From NCBI GenBank assembly GCA_040756655.1, contig JBFLYN010000002.1, positions 72,634-136,633 of the forward strand: a stretch of DNA of 64,000 nt, written 5' to 3'. How positions within the stretch are numbered: position 1 is the stretch's first letter; each line of letters starts with the position of its first letter. This stretch comes from Bacillota bacterium (GTDB lineage Bacteria; Bacillota; Sulfobacillia; UBA8153). Shown one piece after another: positions 29,747-40,459 of this stretch. The translations under genes were made by a program, and so were the position numbers. Below the pieces are notes generated by a model. The model searched no databases. It was not told the DNA's origin and saw only the letters and a program-made list of their open reading frames with translations.

Positions 29747-30973
29747 CTACGCGGCAACTCCGGGACCGGACGAACGATAGAGGTCGGGCGAGAGGCGTTC
29801 GCCTTCAGTGGTGGCCACCATGGCGGCAGCAGTTATGTCGTCCACAACGTTAACGGCGGTGCGTGCCATATCCAGGATACGGTCTACCCCGGCGATGAGA
29901 GCTGTGCCTTCCAAGGGAAGACCCACCGATGTGAGCACGGTCATCAGCATGATCAAGCCTGCGCCGGGAACTCCGGCGGCACCGATGGAAGCCAAGACGG
30001 CGGTGACGGCGATGGTAAGCTGTTGCCCTATGGTCAGTTGAATGCCAAAGGCGTTGGCAATGAACACCGCCGCCACCGTCTGGTACAGGGCAGTGCCATC
30101 CATGTTCACCGTAGCCCCGATGGGCAACACGAACCCGGCAATGCCATCAGATACCCCGACCTGCTTTACCACCCGTAGGGTGACTGGGAGCGTGGCTGAA
30201 CTGCTGGCGGTGGTGAAGGCAAAGATGGGAGCGTCCTTGACCCGGACCAGGAACTTCAGCGGGTTGACCCGGCAAAAGTAGGCCACAAACAGGGCATGGA
30301 CAACGAACACGTGGACAATGCAGCCAATGTACACTATGGCGATCAAAAGGGCAAAGGGGCGTAACACCGCCAGCCCATGGTTCCCCACCGTCCAGGCTAT
30401 GAGCGCGAAGACCCCTATGGGAGCATACCACATCACCATGCCAACCACCCGGTACATGATGTCGGCGACTCCTCCCAAAACAGCCCGGACCGGCTCGGCA
30501 GTACGCCCGGCCAGCCCCATGGCCACCCCGAACATCAGGGTGAAGAAGATAATCTGCAGCATGGTGGTTTTGGCCATGGCGTCCACGATGTTGGTGGGGA
30601 CGATGTTGGTGAGGACTTCAGAAAAGGGCGGGGCCGTAACCTGCGCTACATCGCGTAACTGGCCCAGTTCCATGCCCCGGCCCACCCCGGTGGCGTTGGC
30701 CAGGGTAAGGCCGATGATCAGGGCAAAGATGCAAGTTACGTAATAGAAAAACAGAGTCTTTCCGAATACCCGGCCCAGCTTTACCCCACTGATGCCAGCC
30801 ACTCCCACGGCCAGGGTTGAAACCACCAGCGGGACCACCAGCATGCTCAGTAACCTGATGAAGATGGTGCCGAAGAAACGGAGCGCGGCAGCTTCGGGGC
30901 CGAGGATGGCCCCGGCGATGATGCCAAGCCCGAAGCCGATGAGTACCCTTTCCAAAATGCCGATCTTCTTCAT
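29747..30973 (-). CDS. Dicarboxylate/amino acid:cation (DAACS, GltP/GltT-like) symporter
   Basis: FTTASSSATLP, GATVNMDGT, GVPGAG, DRILDMARTAVNV. Confidence 0.94.
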   Translation of the reverse strand: MKKIGILERVLIGFGLGIIAGAILGPEAAALRFFGTIFIRLLSMLVVPLVVSTLAVGVAGISGVKLGRVFGKTLFFYYVTCIFALIIGLTLANATGVGRGMELGQLRDVAQVTAPPFSEVLTNIVPTNIVDAMAKTTMLQIIFFTLMFGVAMGLAGRTAEPVRAVLGGVADIMYRVVGMVMWYAPIGVFALIAWTVGNHGLAVLRPFALLIAIVYIGCIVHVFVVHALFVAYFCRVNPLKFLVRVKDAPIFAFTTASSSATLPVTLRVVKQVGVSDGIAGFVLPIGATVNMDGTALYQTVAAVFIANAFGIQLTIGQQLTIAVTAVLASIGAAGVPGAGLIMLMTVLTSVGLPLEGTALIAGVDRILDMARTAVNVVDDITAAAMVATTEGERLSPDLYRSSGPGVAA

Positions 30974-31157
30974 CCTTAACCCTCCACAGTGCTAAAATAG
31001 GGAACCCACGCTACCCTCCTTCCCTCAGAGTCCCCCACATATGGAAAATTGTACCTGTCTTGGCTCTTTTCCTTCTGGAGCGCGTTGGTTATTGAACAGA
31101 AATTTGTGCATAAATCAGAGGCCGGGCTCTGGCCGTTCCACCGGCAGGGGGTGGCAC

Positions 31158-31181
31158 AAAAGGAAAACTCCCCGAAGGGAG
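31158..31181 (-). terminator. Intrinsic terminator after small ORF
   Basis: CTCCC-TTCG-GGGAG followed by TTTTCCTTTT on minus strand. Confidence 0.6.
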
Positions 31182-31211
31182 CTCCCAGCCGGTCATGACT
31201 GCAGGCGCCGG

Positions 31212-31316
31212 CTATTCTTTGTTCTTCCCCATCATCTTCTTGAGGATCCTAAGCTTAATGGGAGCCACGATGACACCGAGCACCGCCAGGAGCAAAAGCC
31301 ACATCCACCACTCCAT
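31212..31316 (-). CDS. 34-aa single-pass membrane small protein
   Basis: MEWWMWLLLLAVLGVIVAPIKLRILKKMMGKNKE; strong SD GGAGGTGA; terminator downstream. Confidence 0.65.
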   Translation of the reverse strand: MEWWMWLLLLAVLGVIVAPIKLRILKKMMGKNKE

Positions 31317-31921
31317 GTTTGTCACCTCCCTCAAGTATAGCTTAGGTGCGGATGGGAAAACTTGAGAGCCAACATACATGCTGTTTAGCCGTACCTGGAC
31401 TGCATTGGCCTCCTTCTTGCGATGGCCGGTTGGTTCTGATGGCGTCCCCCAACCACATGCTATCGTGATGTGACTTGTCACCCCAAAGGACATTCTTGAT
31501 TAGGTTTTTTCCCGACACAACCCGTTGCCGTCAGAAGGAACGGTGAATTCCTCGGGAAAGGGATGGCTGTTCAATTATGCACGCGCGTGCATCCACGACG
31601 CAACCTAGTCGGTAAACCCAGTAGAAAATTCCAATCCTCGTCCAAGCCCACACTAACCTCAAAGACGGTAAAACATCGCTCAGGAGGATGAGCTTGGAGG
31701 AGTTGTTGCGCGCGCAATCGGGTTCGCATGTCCAATAAGTTGGCCGTGTCTATAAGGTCCCGGCCCTCTTCCGGCGTGATGCCCTTAGCCGACCACGATA
31801 CCAGTGACCTGCACCGGGCACAAGCCGAGCTCCCCCGACATGCAATGGAGAACTGGTGTCGTGGGTATCATCGCCAGATGACTGAGGCCGGGTCGCCCCG
31901 GCCTCGTGCCTTCCCAGGTGG

Positions 31922-32704
31922 TCATTTCCCTTCAAACTTGGCCGACCGCTTCTCCAAGTAAGCGGCCATGCCCTCTTTTTGGTCGGCCGTGGCAAAAAGC
32001 GCTGCGAACTCACCGGCCTCATAGGCGCTTCCCTCGGCCAGCGTAAGGTCAAGGCCGCGGTCAATGGCGCGCTTGGCAGCAGCGATGGCTAAAGGCCCCT
32101 TGCCAGCAATCTTGCGGGCCAGTTCCCGGGCACGTTCCATTAGCTGGTCGTGGGGGACCACCACGTCCACTAGGCCCATGCCTTCGGCTGATGCCGCATC
32201 GATAATGTCGCCGGTAAAGGTCAAAAGCTTGGCGCGGCCCCGTCCCACCAGCCGGGACAGGCGCTGGGTACCGGCAAAGCCCGGGATCACGCCCAGGTTC
32301 ACCTCGGGCTGGCCCAGCCTGGCCCTTTCCGAAGCCACCCGGATGTCGCACGCCATGGCCAGCTCGCACCCGCCCCCGAGGGCAAACCCGTTGATGGCAG
32401 CAATCACCACCACCGGCATGCTCTCGATGAAAGCTAGCACTGCCTGACCGTCCAGGGCAAACTGGCGGGCGGTTGCCACATCCATGTCCTTCATCTCACC
32501 GATATCGGCCCCGGCCACGAAAGCCTTTTCACCGGCACCAGTCAGGATGATCACCCGCACCTTGGCCTCCTGGAGTTCCTCGAGGGCGCTCTTTAGCTCA
32601 ACAAGGACTTGACGGTTGAGGGCATTGAGCACCCGGGGGCGGTTGATGGTCAGTACCGCCCAGGCGCCCTCGCGCTCGGTACTTATGTAAGCATACTCTG
32701 CCAC
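31922..32704 (-). CDS. crt: Enoyl-CoA hydratase (crotonase)
   Basis: AFVAGADI, ALGGGCELAMACD, GQPEVNLG. Confidence 0.92.
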   Translation of the reverse strand: MAEYAYISTEREGAWAVLTINRPRVLNALNRQVLVELKSALEELQEAKVRVIILTGAGEKAFVAGADIGEMKDMDVATARQFALDGQAVLAFIESMPVVVIAAINGFALGGGCELAMACDIRVASERARLGQPEVNLGVIPGFAGTQRLSRLVGRGRAKLLTFTGDIIDAASAEGMGLVDVVVPHDQLMERARELARKIAGKGPLAIAAAKRAIDRGLDLTLAEGSAYEAGEFAALFATADQKEGMAAYLEKRSAKFEGK

Positions 32705-32722
32705 CCGATCACCTCCCAGGTC

Positions 32723-33571
32723 TTAGTACTGGTAGAAGCCCCGTCCCGTCTTCCTGCCGAGATGACCGGCCTTCACCATGCGCCGGAGAAGTGGACAGGG
32801 ACGGTACTTGGAATCGCCAAAGCCTTCGTACAGCACTTCCATTATGGCCAGGCAGGTGTCGAGCCCGATCAGGTCGGCCAACGCCAGCGGCCCCATGGGG
32901 TGGTTCATGCCCAGCTTCATGACGGTGTCGATGTCCCCGGCCGATGCCACGTCTTCCATGAGGCAAAACGCGGCCTCGTTGATCATGGGCATCAGGAGGC
33001 GGTTGGCTACAAAGCCGGGATAGTCGTTCACGGTCACCGGCGTCTTGCCCAACGCCTGGGCCAGCCCGGTGATGGTATCGTGGGTCTGAGCAGAGGTAGC
33101 TTGCCCGCGGATAACCTCCACTAGCTGCATGAGCGGCACCGGGTTCATAAAGTGCATGCCGATGAACCGGTCGGGCCGGTCGGTGGCTGCCGCCAGTTCG
33201 GTAATGGAGATCGAGGAAGTGTTGGTGGCCAGGATGGTCCCGGGAGGGCAGACCCGGTCCAGTTCGGAAAAGAGGGTCTTTTTGATGGCCACATTTTCCA
33301 CCACGGCCTCGATGACCACGTCGGCCCCGGCCGCTCGTTCCAAGCCGGTCACACCCTCGATGCGCCCTAGGACGGCGTCTCGTTCCTCGGTGGTCATGCG
33401 ACCCTTCTCCACCGTACGTTTGAGAAACCGCGCAATGCTCGCCCGGCCCTTCTCCACCAGTTCACTGGACAAGTCCTGTAGCAACACCTGGTACCCGGCT
33501 TGGGCAGCCACCTGGGCAATGCCCGCTCCCATCTGGCCTGCGCCTACTACCATGATGCACGTGATGCCCAC
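32723..33571 (-). CDS. hbd: 3-hydroxybutyryl-CoA dehydrogenase
   Basis: [35 protein letters not shown]. Confidence 0.95.
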   Translation of the reverse strand: MGITCIMVVGAGQMGAGIAQVAAQAGYQVLLQDLSSELVEKGRASIARFLKRTVEKGRMTTEERDAVLGRIEGVTGLERAAGADVVIEAVVENVAIKKTLFSELDRVCPPGTILATNTSSISITELAAATDRPDRFIGMHFMNPVPLMQLVEVIRGQATSAQTHDTITGLAQALGKTPVTVNDYPGFVANRLLMPMINEAAFCLMEDVASAGDIDTVMKLGMNHPMGPLALADLIGLDTCLAIMEVLYEGFGDSKYRPCPLLRRMVKAGHLGRKTGRGFYQY

Positions 33572-33586
33572 GAAAACTCCTCCCCT

Positions 33587-34768
33587 CTACTTCACTCTGA
33601 CCACTGTGGCTTCGCCCTGGCCTCCGCCGGAGCAAATGGCGGCCACCCCGTACTTGAGGCCCCGCCGCCTCAGCTCGTAGATAAGCGTCATCAGGATGCG
33701 GCCGCCGCTGGCACCGATGGGATGACCGATGGCGATGGCGCCGCCGTTGACATTGACCCGGTCCGGGTCCAGCCCGGCCAGCTTGATGCTTGTGAGGGTG
33801 ACCGTGGCAAAAGCTTCGTTGATCTCCACCAGGTCCATCTGGGCAAAGGTAAGACCGACCCGTTCCAGCGCCTTTTTGGCGGACAATGCCGGCACAGTCC
33901 CCAGATCCTCAGCCTCAGAGGACACCATGCCCTGGGAGACGATGGTGGCCAGTGGCTCCAGCCCGAGTTCCTGGGCCTTTTCCCTGGACATCAGCACCAG
34001 GGCGCAGGCCCCATCGTTGATGCTGGGAGCGTTCCCGGCCGTGACCGTTCCAGCCGGGTCGAAGGCCGGTCTGAGGGCGGCCAGCTTTTCCGGGCTGGTG
34101 TCGCGCCTGGGGGTCTCGTCGGCGGTAAACTTGGTGGGCGGTCCCTTGCGCTGGGGGATTTCTACCGGCACGATCTCTTGGTCGAAATACCCGGCATCCA
34201 TGGCGGCGATGGCCAGGCGGTGGCTGCGGTACGCCCAGGCATCCTGGTCTTCGCGGCTAAAGTTGAACTTCTTGGCCATGGTGTTGCCGTGATTACCCAT
34301 GTGTACGTTCTTCACGGGACACCACAACCCATCGTGGACCGTTGCATCAAGCAGGGTACCGTGACCCAGGCGGTAGCCAAACCGGGCGCCCGGCAAAAGG
34401 TACGGTCCCTGGCTCATGTTCTCCATGCCGCCTGCCACCACAATGCTGGCGTCGCCGGCCCGGATGAGGGAGTCGGCCAGGTTGACCGCACGTAGGCTGG
34501 ATGCGCACACTTTGTTGATGGTGTCCGAAGGGACCTCCAACGGCAGGCCTGCAGCCAGGGTGGCCTGCCGGGATGGGACCTGGCCGGCCCCGGCCTGCAC
34601 CACCATGCCCATGAACACCTGGTCTATTGTGGCAGGCCGGATGCCCGCCCTCCTCACGGCCTCAGCAATGGCCAGCCCGCCCAGCTTGGCGGCCGGAATG
34701 TCTTTGAGGGCCCCGCCGAAGCCGCCAAACGGAGTCCGGCAGGCACTGACAATGACCGTCTCTTTCAC
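33587..34768 (-). CDS. thlA: Acetyl-CoA acetyltransferase (thiolase)
   Basis: NKVCAS, NEAFA, GHPIGASG, CSGGGQG; GTG at 34768 after AGGAGG. Confidence 0.93.
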   Translation of the reverse strand: MKETVIVSACRTPFGGFGGALKDIPAAKLGGLAIAEAVRRAGIRPATIDQVFMGMVVQAGAGQVPSRQATLAAGLPLEVPSDTINKVCASSLRAVNLADSLIRAGDASIVVAGGMENMSQGPYLLPGARFGYRLGHGTLLDATVHDGLWCPVKNVHMGNHGNTMAKKFNFSREDQDAWAYRSHRLAIAAMDAGYFDQEIVPVEIPQRKGPPTKFTADETPRRDTSPEKLAALRPAFDPAGTVTAGNAPSINDGACALVLMSREKAQELGLEPLATIVSQGMVSSEAEDLGTVPALSAKKALERVGLTFAQMDLVEINEAFATVTLTSIKLAGLDPDRVNVNGGAIAIGHPIGASGGRILMTLIYELRRRGLKYGVAAICSGGGQGEATVVRVK

Positions 34769-34849
34769 GAGAAAGGCACCTCCTATCATGGTTTTGCGGT
34801 CCCAGGAACGGTGACAGTTCACCCCCCAACATCCCTGGCTGGAAGGAGG

Positions 34850-35638
34850 TCATGCCGGTGCGTCCACGTCGATGCGATAAGGGTGGGTGTAAACATTGAA
34901 GCGTTCTCCCCGGCAAAACCCGACCAGCGTAATACCGGCCTCCTTAGCCATGCTCACCGCCCGCTCGGTGGGAGCGGACCGGGACAGCACCACCGGCACG
35001 GCCAGGCGAGAGGCCTTGATGAGCATGTCTGAGCTTACGCGCCCGCTGACGGCCAGCACGTCGTAACTCCCCACTTGGCCCTGGAAGAGAGCGTACCCGG
35101 CCACCTTATCCACTGCGTTGTGTCGCCCGATATCCTCGCGTAGCACCTGGAAGCCTTCCTTGGCGGGCCGGGCCGCCGCGGCCACGTGGGTGCCACCGGT
35201 GGTCCGGAAAACCGGGCACTCCACTTGCAGCCGTCGCGCTAGCTCCAGCAGGCGGGTCCTGGCCACGGTACCCCCATGCGATACCCGGGCCGGACCTGCC
35301 ATAAGCGGTGCCGGTCGTCCTCCACACCCGGTCCAGGTGGCCTCGGTGCGCACGACCTTCCCAGGGTCTGGGTCCGTGGTCTCCACGTCGGCTACGCCCA
35401 CTTCCTCAGAGATGGTCATCCGGTCAACCTGCTCCAGGCGGTCGATGAAGCCGGCAGTCAGCAGAAAACCGGCCACCAGTTCCTCCAAGTGCTGAGGGGT
35501 ACACACCAGCGTGGCCAGTCGGCGCCCATGCCACTGGATGGCCAAATCGTATTCGGCCACCACCAAGTCTTCTATCTCCTCCACGGCGGAACCCCGCACC
35601 GCCCGGAGCTTGGTAGGGAGGACCGGGTCGGTCATCAC
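34850..35638 (-). CDS. fdhD: Formate dehydrogenase accessory sulfurtransferase
   Basis: TGCG, TGGTH, EDIGRHNAVDK, SGRVS, SAPT. Confidence 0.93.
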   Translation of the reverse strand: MMTDPVLPTKLRAVRGSAVEEIEDLVVAEYDLAIQWHGRRLATLVCTPQHLEELVAGFLLTAGFIDRLEQVDRMTISEEVGVADVETTDPDPGKVVRTEATWTGCGGRPAPLMAGPARVSHGGTVARTRLLELARRLQVECPVFRTTGGTHVAAAARPAKEGFQVLREDIGRHNAVDKVAGYALFQGQVGSYDVLAVSGRVSSDMLIKASRLAVPVVLSRSAPTERAVSMAKEAGITLVGFCRGERFNVYTHPYRIDVDAPA

Positions 35639-36108
35639 GCGCCGGCCTGTTTCTTCAAGTCGTTGACCAGCCTTTCTACTTTACCCGGGGCGAGGTGGCC
35701 GTAGGTCTTCTCGTTGACCATAACTGCTGGGGCCAGCCCGCAAGCACCCGGGCAAGCCACGCGTTCCAGGGTAAAGAGCATGTCGGGAGTGGTTTCGCCT
35801 GCCCCAACGTTCCGCTTCCTGCTGAGCACGTTGAAAAGCTGCTCTCCTCCGCGCACGTGACAGGCCGTATCCAGGCACAGCCGGATCACGTGCTTGCCCC
35901 GGGGCTTCAAGTGGAACTGGGAGTAGAAGGTTATTACCCCAAACACCCTGCTCAGCGGCACCCGCAGCGATGTCGATATGGATCGGAGATTCTCCTGGGA
36001 AAGGTACCCGAACTCCTTCTCGGTCTTCTGGAGGACCGCGATGAGCGCCAACGCCCGGGCGCCGTGCCGCTGGACGATGGTATTGAGTCGTTCTTGGGCC
36101 ATGGCCAT
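35635..36108 (-). CDS. NuoE/HydC-like [2Fe-2S] subunit (possibly decaying)
   Basis: GVITFYSQF, CLDTACHVRG, ACPGACGLAP. Confidence 0.85.
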   Translation of the reverse strand: MAMAQERLNTIVQRHGARALALIAVLQKTEKEFGYLSQENLRSISTSLRVPLSRVFGVITFYSQFHLKPRGKHVIRLCLDTACHVRGGEQLFNVLSRKRNVGAGETTPDMLFTLERVACPGACGLAPAVMVNEKTYGHLAPGKVERLVNDLKKQAGA

Positions 36109-36121
36109 GGTGGTTCCTCCT

Positions 36122-37282
36122 CTAGGACGTCGGCGTTTTTTCCAACCACACGGCGCACACTTTCAGTTGCGGTATCTTGGCCACCGGATCCAGCGCCGGG
36201 TTGGTCAGGATGTTGGCAGCACTCTCTGCGAAGTGGAACGGCATGAACACCACGCGCCGTCCGATCCCCGGGGTCACCATGACCCGGGTAGATACCCGGC
36301 CGCGACGGGACACTGAAGTGATGAACTCGCCGTCCTCTACCCCCAGCTCAACGGCGGTAGCGGGGTGTACCTGAACAAAGCCTTCTGGCGCTATGGCGTC
36401 CAGCCCCTTGGCCCGGCGGCTCATGGAGCTGGTATGGAAGTGGTACAGGATCCGGCCGGTAGTCACGATGTAACCAAAAAGGTCCTGGCCCAAAAGCCCG
36501 TGCTCGCAGGCAGCTGCCACGGCCTTGTGCAACCTGGACACAGCCAGCAGGTACTCGGCTCGCATATACATGTACCCCTGCTGGGCGCCGCGATGGCCAC
36601 ACCCTCCACCACCCGGTGCGAGTCGCCCTCCATGACGCCCCGGTCCATGAAAGCGCCCGGGGCACCCTCGTCACCGTTGCAGATTAGATACTTGGTTTCT
36701 CCTGGGCTGGAACGTGCCAGTCGCCACTTGGTACCGGTGGGGAATCCGCCGCCACCCCGGCGCGCAGTCCCGACGTTGCGATTTCGGCTATGACGTCCTC
36801 AGGCGTCATCTCCAGCAGATAGCGAGCCAGTGCGTGGTAGCCGCCGTGACCCAGGGCATCTTCCAGATCCTCCGGGTCCAGGTGACCGCAGCCGGAAAGG
36901 GCTACCCGGACCTGCTCGCTGTAGAAGGGCACCTTCTCCTCGGTATGAATATGCCCCCGCTGCCGTCGCTAAACAGCAGGCGGTCCACAGTCTGGTTAGC
37001 GACGGCAGCGGCGACGATGTCCTTTGCATCCTTCGCCTTGACGTTCACGTAGAAAAACCCCTGGGGTTCGACCCTGACCAGCGGTCCCTAGCCGGCGGTT
37101 ACTCCAGGTGCCTGACCCGTCTCCAGCAGGCGCACCAGCTCGTCATGCACCTCCGCTGCACCAGACGCCAGGCAACCAGTACCCGCGCACACCAGGAGCC
37201 TTGCCCCCAAAGACTTCTGCAGGCCCTGCCGGGCTGCGGCCCGGGCCTTGAGTTCGTCCAGTGTTGGTATGGAATTCGGCAT
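36122..37282 (-). pseudogene. Collapsed NuoF/HydB-like flavoprotein fused by deletion to the FdhF C-terminal molybdopterin-dinucleotide domain
   Basis: VCAGTGC, stop at 37088, SGLR, DRGVMEGDSH and YMRAEY fragments in different frames, joined to TTGRILYHFHT...FMPFHFAE..AN.LT...DPVAKIPQLK. Confidence 0.85.
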
Positions 37283-37468
37283 GTCTTGACCTCCTGCTTC
37301 GTAGCGCCGGTCGGTCGGGGAAATGGCGGCACCGGGACTTGGTCCAACCAATGCTATTAGCCACTCGACTGTACTTTTCCTGCTCAAGACGGCCATGGCA
37401 AACCCCTTTGCTGCTGGCCCCGGTTATGCTATCCTGAGATCAGCAACTGCAAGGGAGGGGAAAAACCC

Positions 37469-37666
37469 ATGCCCAAGAAGCTTTACCGGTCACGGACACT
37501 GCGCATGGTATCGGGTGTGTGTGGAGGCATTGCCGAGTACTTCAACGTGGATGAGACCCTGATCCGCCTTGTTACGGCCTTTGGCATCATCGCCTCGGGC
37601 ATCGTGCCGGGCGTCCTCTTGTACTTTGCCGCCTCCATCATCGTGCCCGAGGCGCCTAAGGTGTGA
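37469..37666 (+). CDS. PspC-domain protein
   Basis: KLYRSR..RMVSGVCGGIAEYF...LIRL...Y....IIVPE. Confidence 0.9.
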   Translation: MPKKLYRSRTLRMVSGVCGGIAEYFNVDETLIRLVTAFGIIASGIVPGVLLYFAASIIVPEAPKV

Positions 37667-37973
37667 CGGCCTGATCCTGTCGGACTTGGCTGAGCACGTG
37701 CCCGCCCGGATGGGTGGGCATGCTTGTTTGCGGGGCCGTTTGCCATGATTCCCATTTGTGCTGAATTTCCCTTATGTGGAGGAATTGGGAGGGCCGACGA
37801 GAAATAGACAGGTGGCTTCTTTGTCTGTCACCGGCTGCCCAGCACGTATAGGGAAACCAGCCGCGGGCCGGGCATGCCGGGTCAATGGGCAATGCTAACT
37901 GAAGATGATCGAAGCCGTCGAAAACCGCCCTCTCCCGGGCGGAGAAATGCGAAGAAAGCAAGGAGGACTGCGC

Positions 37974-39737
37974 ATGCCACTGGATCCAACAAAACACCCT
38001 GACTGGCAAATCGCCGAGGCGGCCGAGCCCAACATGAAGACGGTCTACCAGCTGGCCGAACAACTGGGACTGGAAAACCGCGAACTCCTACCTCACGGTC
38101 ACTACATCGCTAAGGTGGATTTCAAGGCCGTCCTGGAACGGCTGGCCGACCGGCCCGACGGCAAGTACATCGATGTCACCGCCATCACTCCCACGCCGCT
38201 GGGCGAAGGGAAATCCACGTCCACCATGGGCCTTACCCAGGGTATGGGCAAACGCGGCAAGCGGGTCATCGCCACCATCAGACAGCCATCAGGCGGGCCC
38301 ACCATGAACGTAAAAGGATCGGCAGCCGGTGGCGGGCTTTCCCAGTGCATCCCCCTGACCCCGTTTTCCTTGGGGCTTACCGGCGATATCAATGCTATCA
38401 TGAATGCCCACAACCTGGCCATGGTAGCGTTGACCTCCCGGCTCCAGCACGAGGCCAACTATGGAGACAAGTTCCTCACCGAGCGGGGTCTTAAGCGACT
38501 CAACATCGACCCGCGCAACGTGGAGATGAAGTGGATCATCGACTTTTGCGCCCAAGCCCTGAGAAACATAGTCATCGGCATTGGTGGCAAGATGGATGGC
38601 TTCATGATGCAGTCGGGGTTTGCCATCGCCGTGTCCTCGGAGGTCATGGCCATCCTGTCTGTGGCCAAGGACCTGAAGGACTTCCGGGAGCGCATGGGCC
38701 GCATTGTAGTAGCCTACGATAAGAAAGGTTCCCCCATCACCACCAGCGACCTGGAAGTGGATGGGGCCATGACTGCCTGGATGGTTGAGGCACTCAACCC
38801 CAACCTCTTGCAGACCATCGAAGGCCAGCCCGTTTTCGTGCATGCGGGCCCGTTTGCCAACATTGCCATTGGGCAGTCCTCCATCATCGCCGACCGGGTG
38901 GCGCTCAAGCTGGGCGACTACGTGATTACCGAGTCTGGCTTTGCCGCAGATATCGGGTTTGAGAAGTTTTGGAACCTCAAGTGCCGCATGTCGGGTCTAA
39001 AGCCCCATGCTGCAGTGCTGGTGGCCACGGTCCGGGCCCTAAAGGCCCACGGCGGCGCCCCGCTCCCGGTGCCCGGCAAGCCGCTGGACCGCGCCTACTC
39101 GGAAGAGCATGTGGAATGGGTGGAGAAGGGCTGCGAGAACCTGGTTCACTGTATCAACATCATCAAGCAGTCTGGTGTCAACCCGGTGGTATGCATCAAC
39201 CACTTTTACACTGACAGCGACAATGAGATCCAGGCCGTGCGCCGCGCTGCAGAGGCGGCGGGAGCCCGGGTGGCCCTTTCCAAGCACTGGCTGCAGGGCG
39301 GGGATGGGGCCCTGGAACTGGCCGACGCTGTGGTCGACGCAGCCAACGAACCCAATGACTTCAAGTTCCTCTACGGGTTGGAGACCCCGCTCCGTGACCG
39401 GATCAACCTCATCGCATCGAAGGTGTATGGAGCCGACGGTGTAGAGTATTCGCCCGAGGCGCTGGAGAAGGCCAAGCGCATGGAGAAGGATCCCGAGATC
39501 CAGAAGCTGGGCACCTGCATGGTCAAGACCCACCTTAGCCTGTCGGACAACCCGGCCCTCAAGGGCGTGCCCAAGGGCTGGAAGCTCTTCGTCCGCGATA
39601 TTCTCACCTACAAGGGCGCGGGCTTCATAGTGCCCGTGGCCGGTACTATCAGCCTCATGCCGGGCACGTCTTCCGATCCCGCCTATCGTCGCATCGACGT
39701 AGACGTAGATACCGGGAAGGTAAAAGGCTTGTTCTAA
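37974..39737 (+). CDS. fhs: Formate--tetrahydrofolate ligase
   Basis: [43 protein letters not shown]; ATG after AGGAGG. Confidence 0.97.
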   Translation: MPLDPTKHPDWQIAEAAEPNMKTVYQLAEQLGLENRELLPHGHYIAKVDFKAVLERLADRPDGKYIDVTAITPTPLGEGKSTSTMGLTQGMGKRGKRVIATIRQPSGGPTMNVKGSAAGGGLSQCIPLTPFSLGLTGDINAIMNAHNLAMVALTSRLQHEANYGDKFLTERGLKRLNIDPRNVEMKWIIDFCAQALRNIVIGIGGKMDGFMMQSGFAIAVSSEVMAILSVAKDLKDFRERMGRIVVAYDKKGSPITTSDLEVDGAMTAWMVEALNPNLLQTIEGQPVFVHAGPFANIAIGQSSIIADRVALKLGDYVITESGFAADIGFEKFWNLKCRMSGLKPHAAVLVATVRALKAHGGAPLPVPGKPLDRAYSEEHVEWVEKGCENLVHCINIIKQSGVNPVVCINHFYTDSDNEIQAVRRAAEAAGARVALSKHWLQGGDGALELADAVVDAANEPNDFKFLYGLETPLRDRINLIASKVYGADGVEYSPEALEKAKRMEKDPEIQKLGTCMVKTHLSLSDNPALKGVPKGWKLFVRDILTYKGAGFIVPVAGTISLMPGTSSDPAYRRIDVDVDTGKVKGLF

Positions 39738-39758
39738 GGGCCGTAGCAACCCAGATGC

Positions 39759-39790
39759 AAAAAGGAGGGGCCACATGGCCCCTCCTTTTT
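39759..39790. terminator. Bidirectional intrinsic terminator
   Basis: AAAAAGGAGGGGCC-acat-GGCCCCTCCTTTTT. Confidence 0.88.
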
Positions 39791-39795
39791 ACTAT

Positions 39796-40407
39796 CCCGA
39801 AGTTCCGGGCCAGAAAAACCCACTTTCAGGCATTAGCCGTGATAGAGGGGGATAACGCCACGGTAGGCACTGGGAAATGTACCCATGTATATTAAGTGCT
39901 AGGACTTGCCTGTGCTGCCATATCATGGTATAATGAGGCCATGTATAAGTACCTCGCCCCCCGTGGACCTCAAAGATGCGGCCCAGCTACCATCGCTTGG
40001 AGCACCGGGTGCGCGCGCACGTTCTCCTGTGTATGCTGGCCTACTATATGGAATGGCATCTACGCCAGGCGCTGGCCCACACCGCCTCACCGGTGGCTCC
40101 GGCCCGCCGTTCCGCCCGGGCGGGAGCCAAAGCGCGCCATCAGCGGCTGGAGGACGGGACGCCCGTGCACAGTTTCCAGACGCTGTTGAAGGACCTGGCT
40201 ACGCTGGCCCGCCATCGCGTGCAACCCCAACTGCCTGGGGTGCCCGCCTTTGACATGCTCACCCGGCCTACTCCTCAACAGGACGGGCCTTGGCAGTACT
40301 TGGTGTCAAGCTGGACAGCAGGGTTGTACCCAGTACCAAATAAGTCCGGTTGACCATAAGACCAGTTGAAGACCTGTATCTAACTCTGAGTCAAACAGAA
40401 CTTCGGG
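39796..40407 (+). mobile_element. Internally deleted IS1634-family element
   Basis: Terminal IRs CCCGAAGTTC (39796) / GAACTTCGGG (40398); encloses transposase C-terminus RPSYHRLEHRVRAHVLLCMLAYYMEWHLR...VHSFQTLL. Confidence 0.8.
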
Positions 40408-40459
40408 CTAAAGGCGGCCCCGTCGAGGTAGCAGCAACCACACTGCAAAGGGTGAAGGA

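Noticed and set aside
31090-31106. CodY box upstream of the symporter
   Set aside because: About five mismatches to AATTTTCWGAAAATT
37395-37412. Sigma-54 promoter TGGCAAACCCCTTTGC before pspC
   Set aside because: Spacing is GG-N11-GC rather than the required N10
37670-37960. ZTP or THF riboswitch upstream of fhs
   Set aside because: Hairpins are present but I could not find the conserved aptamer motifs; an Rfam scan would settle it
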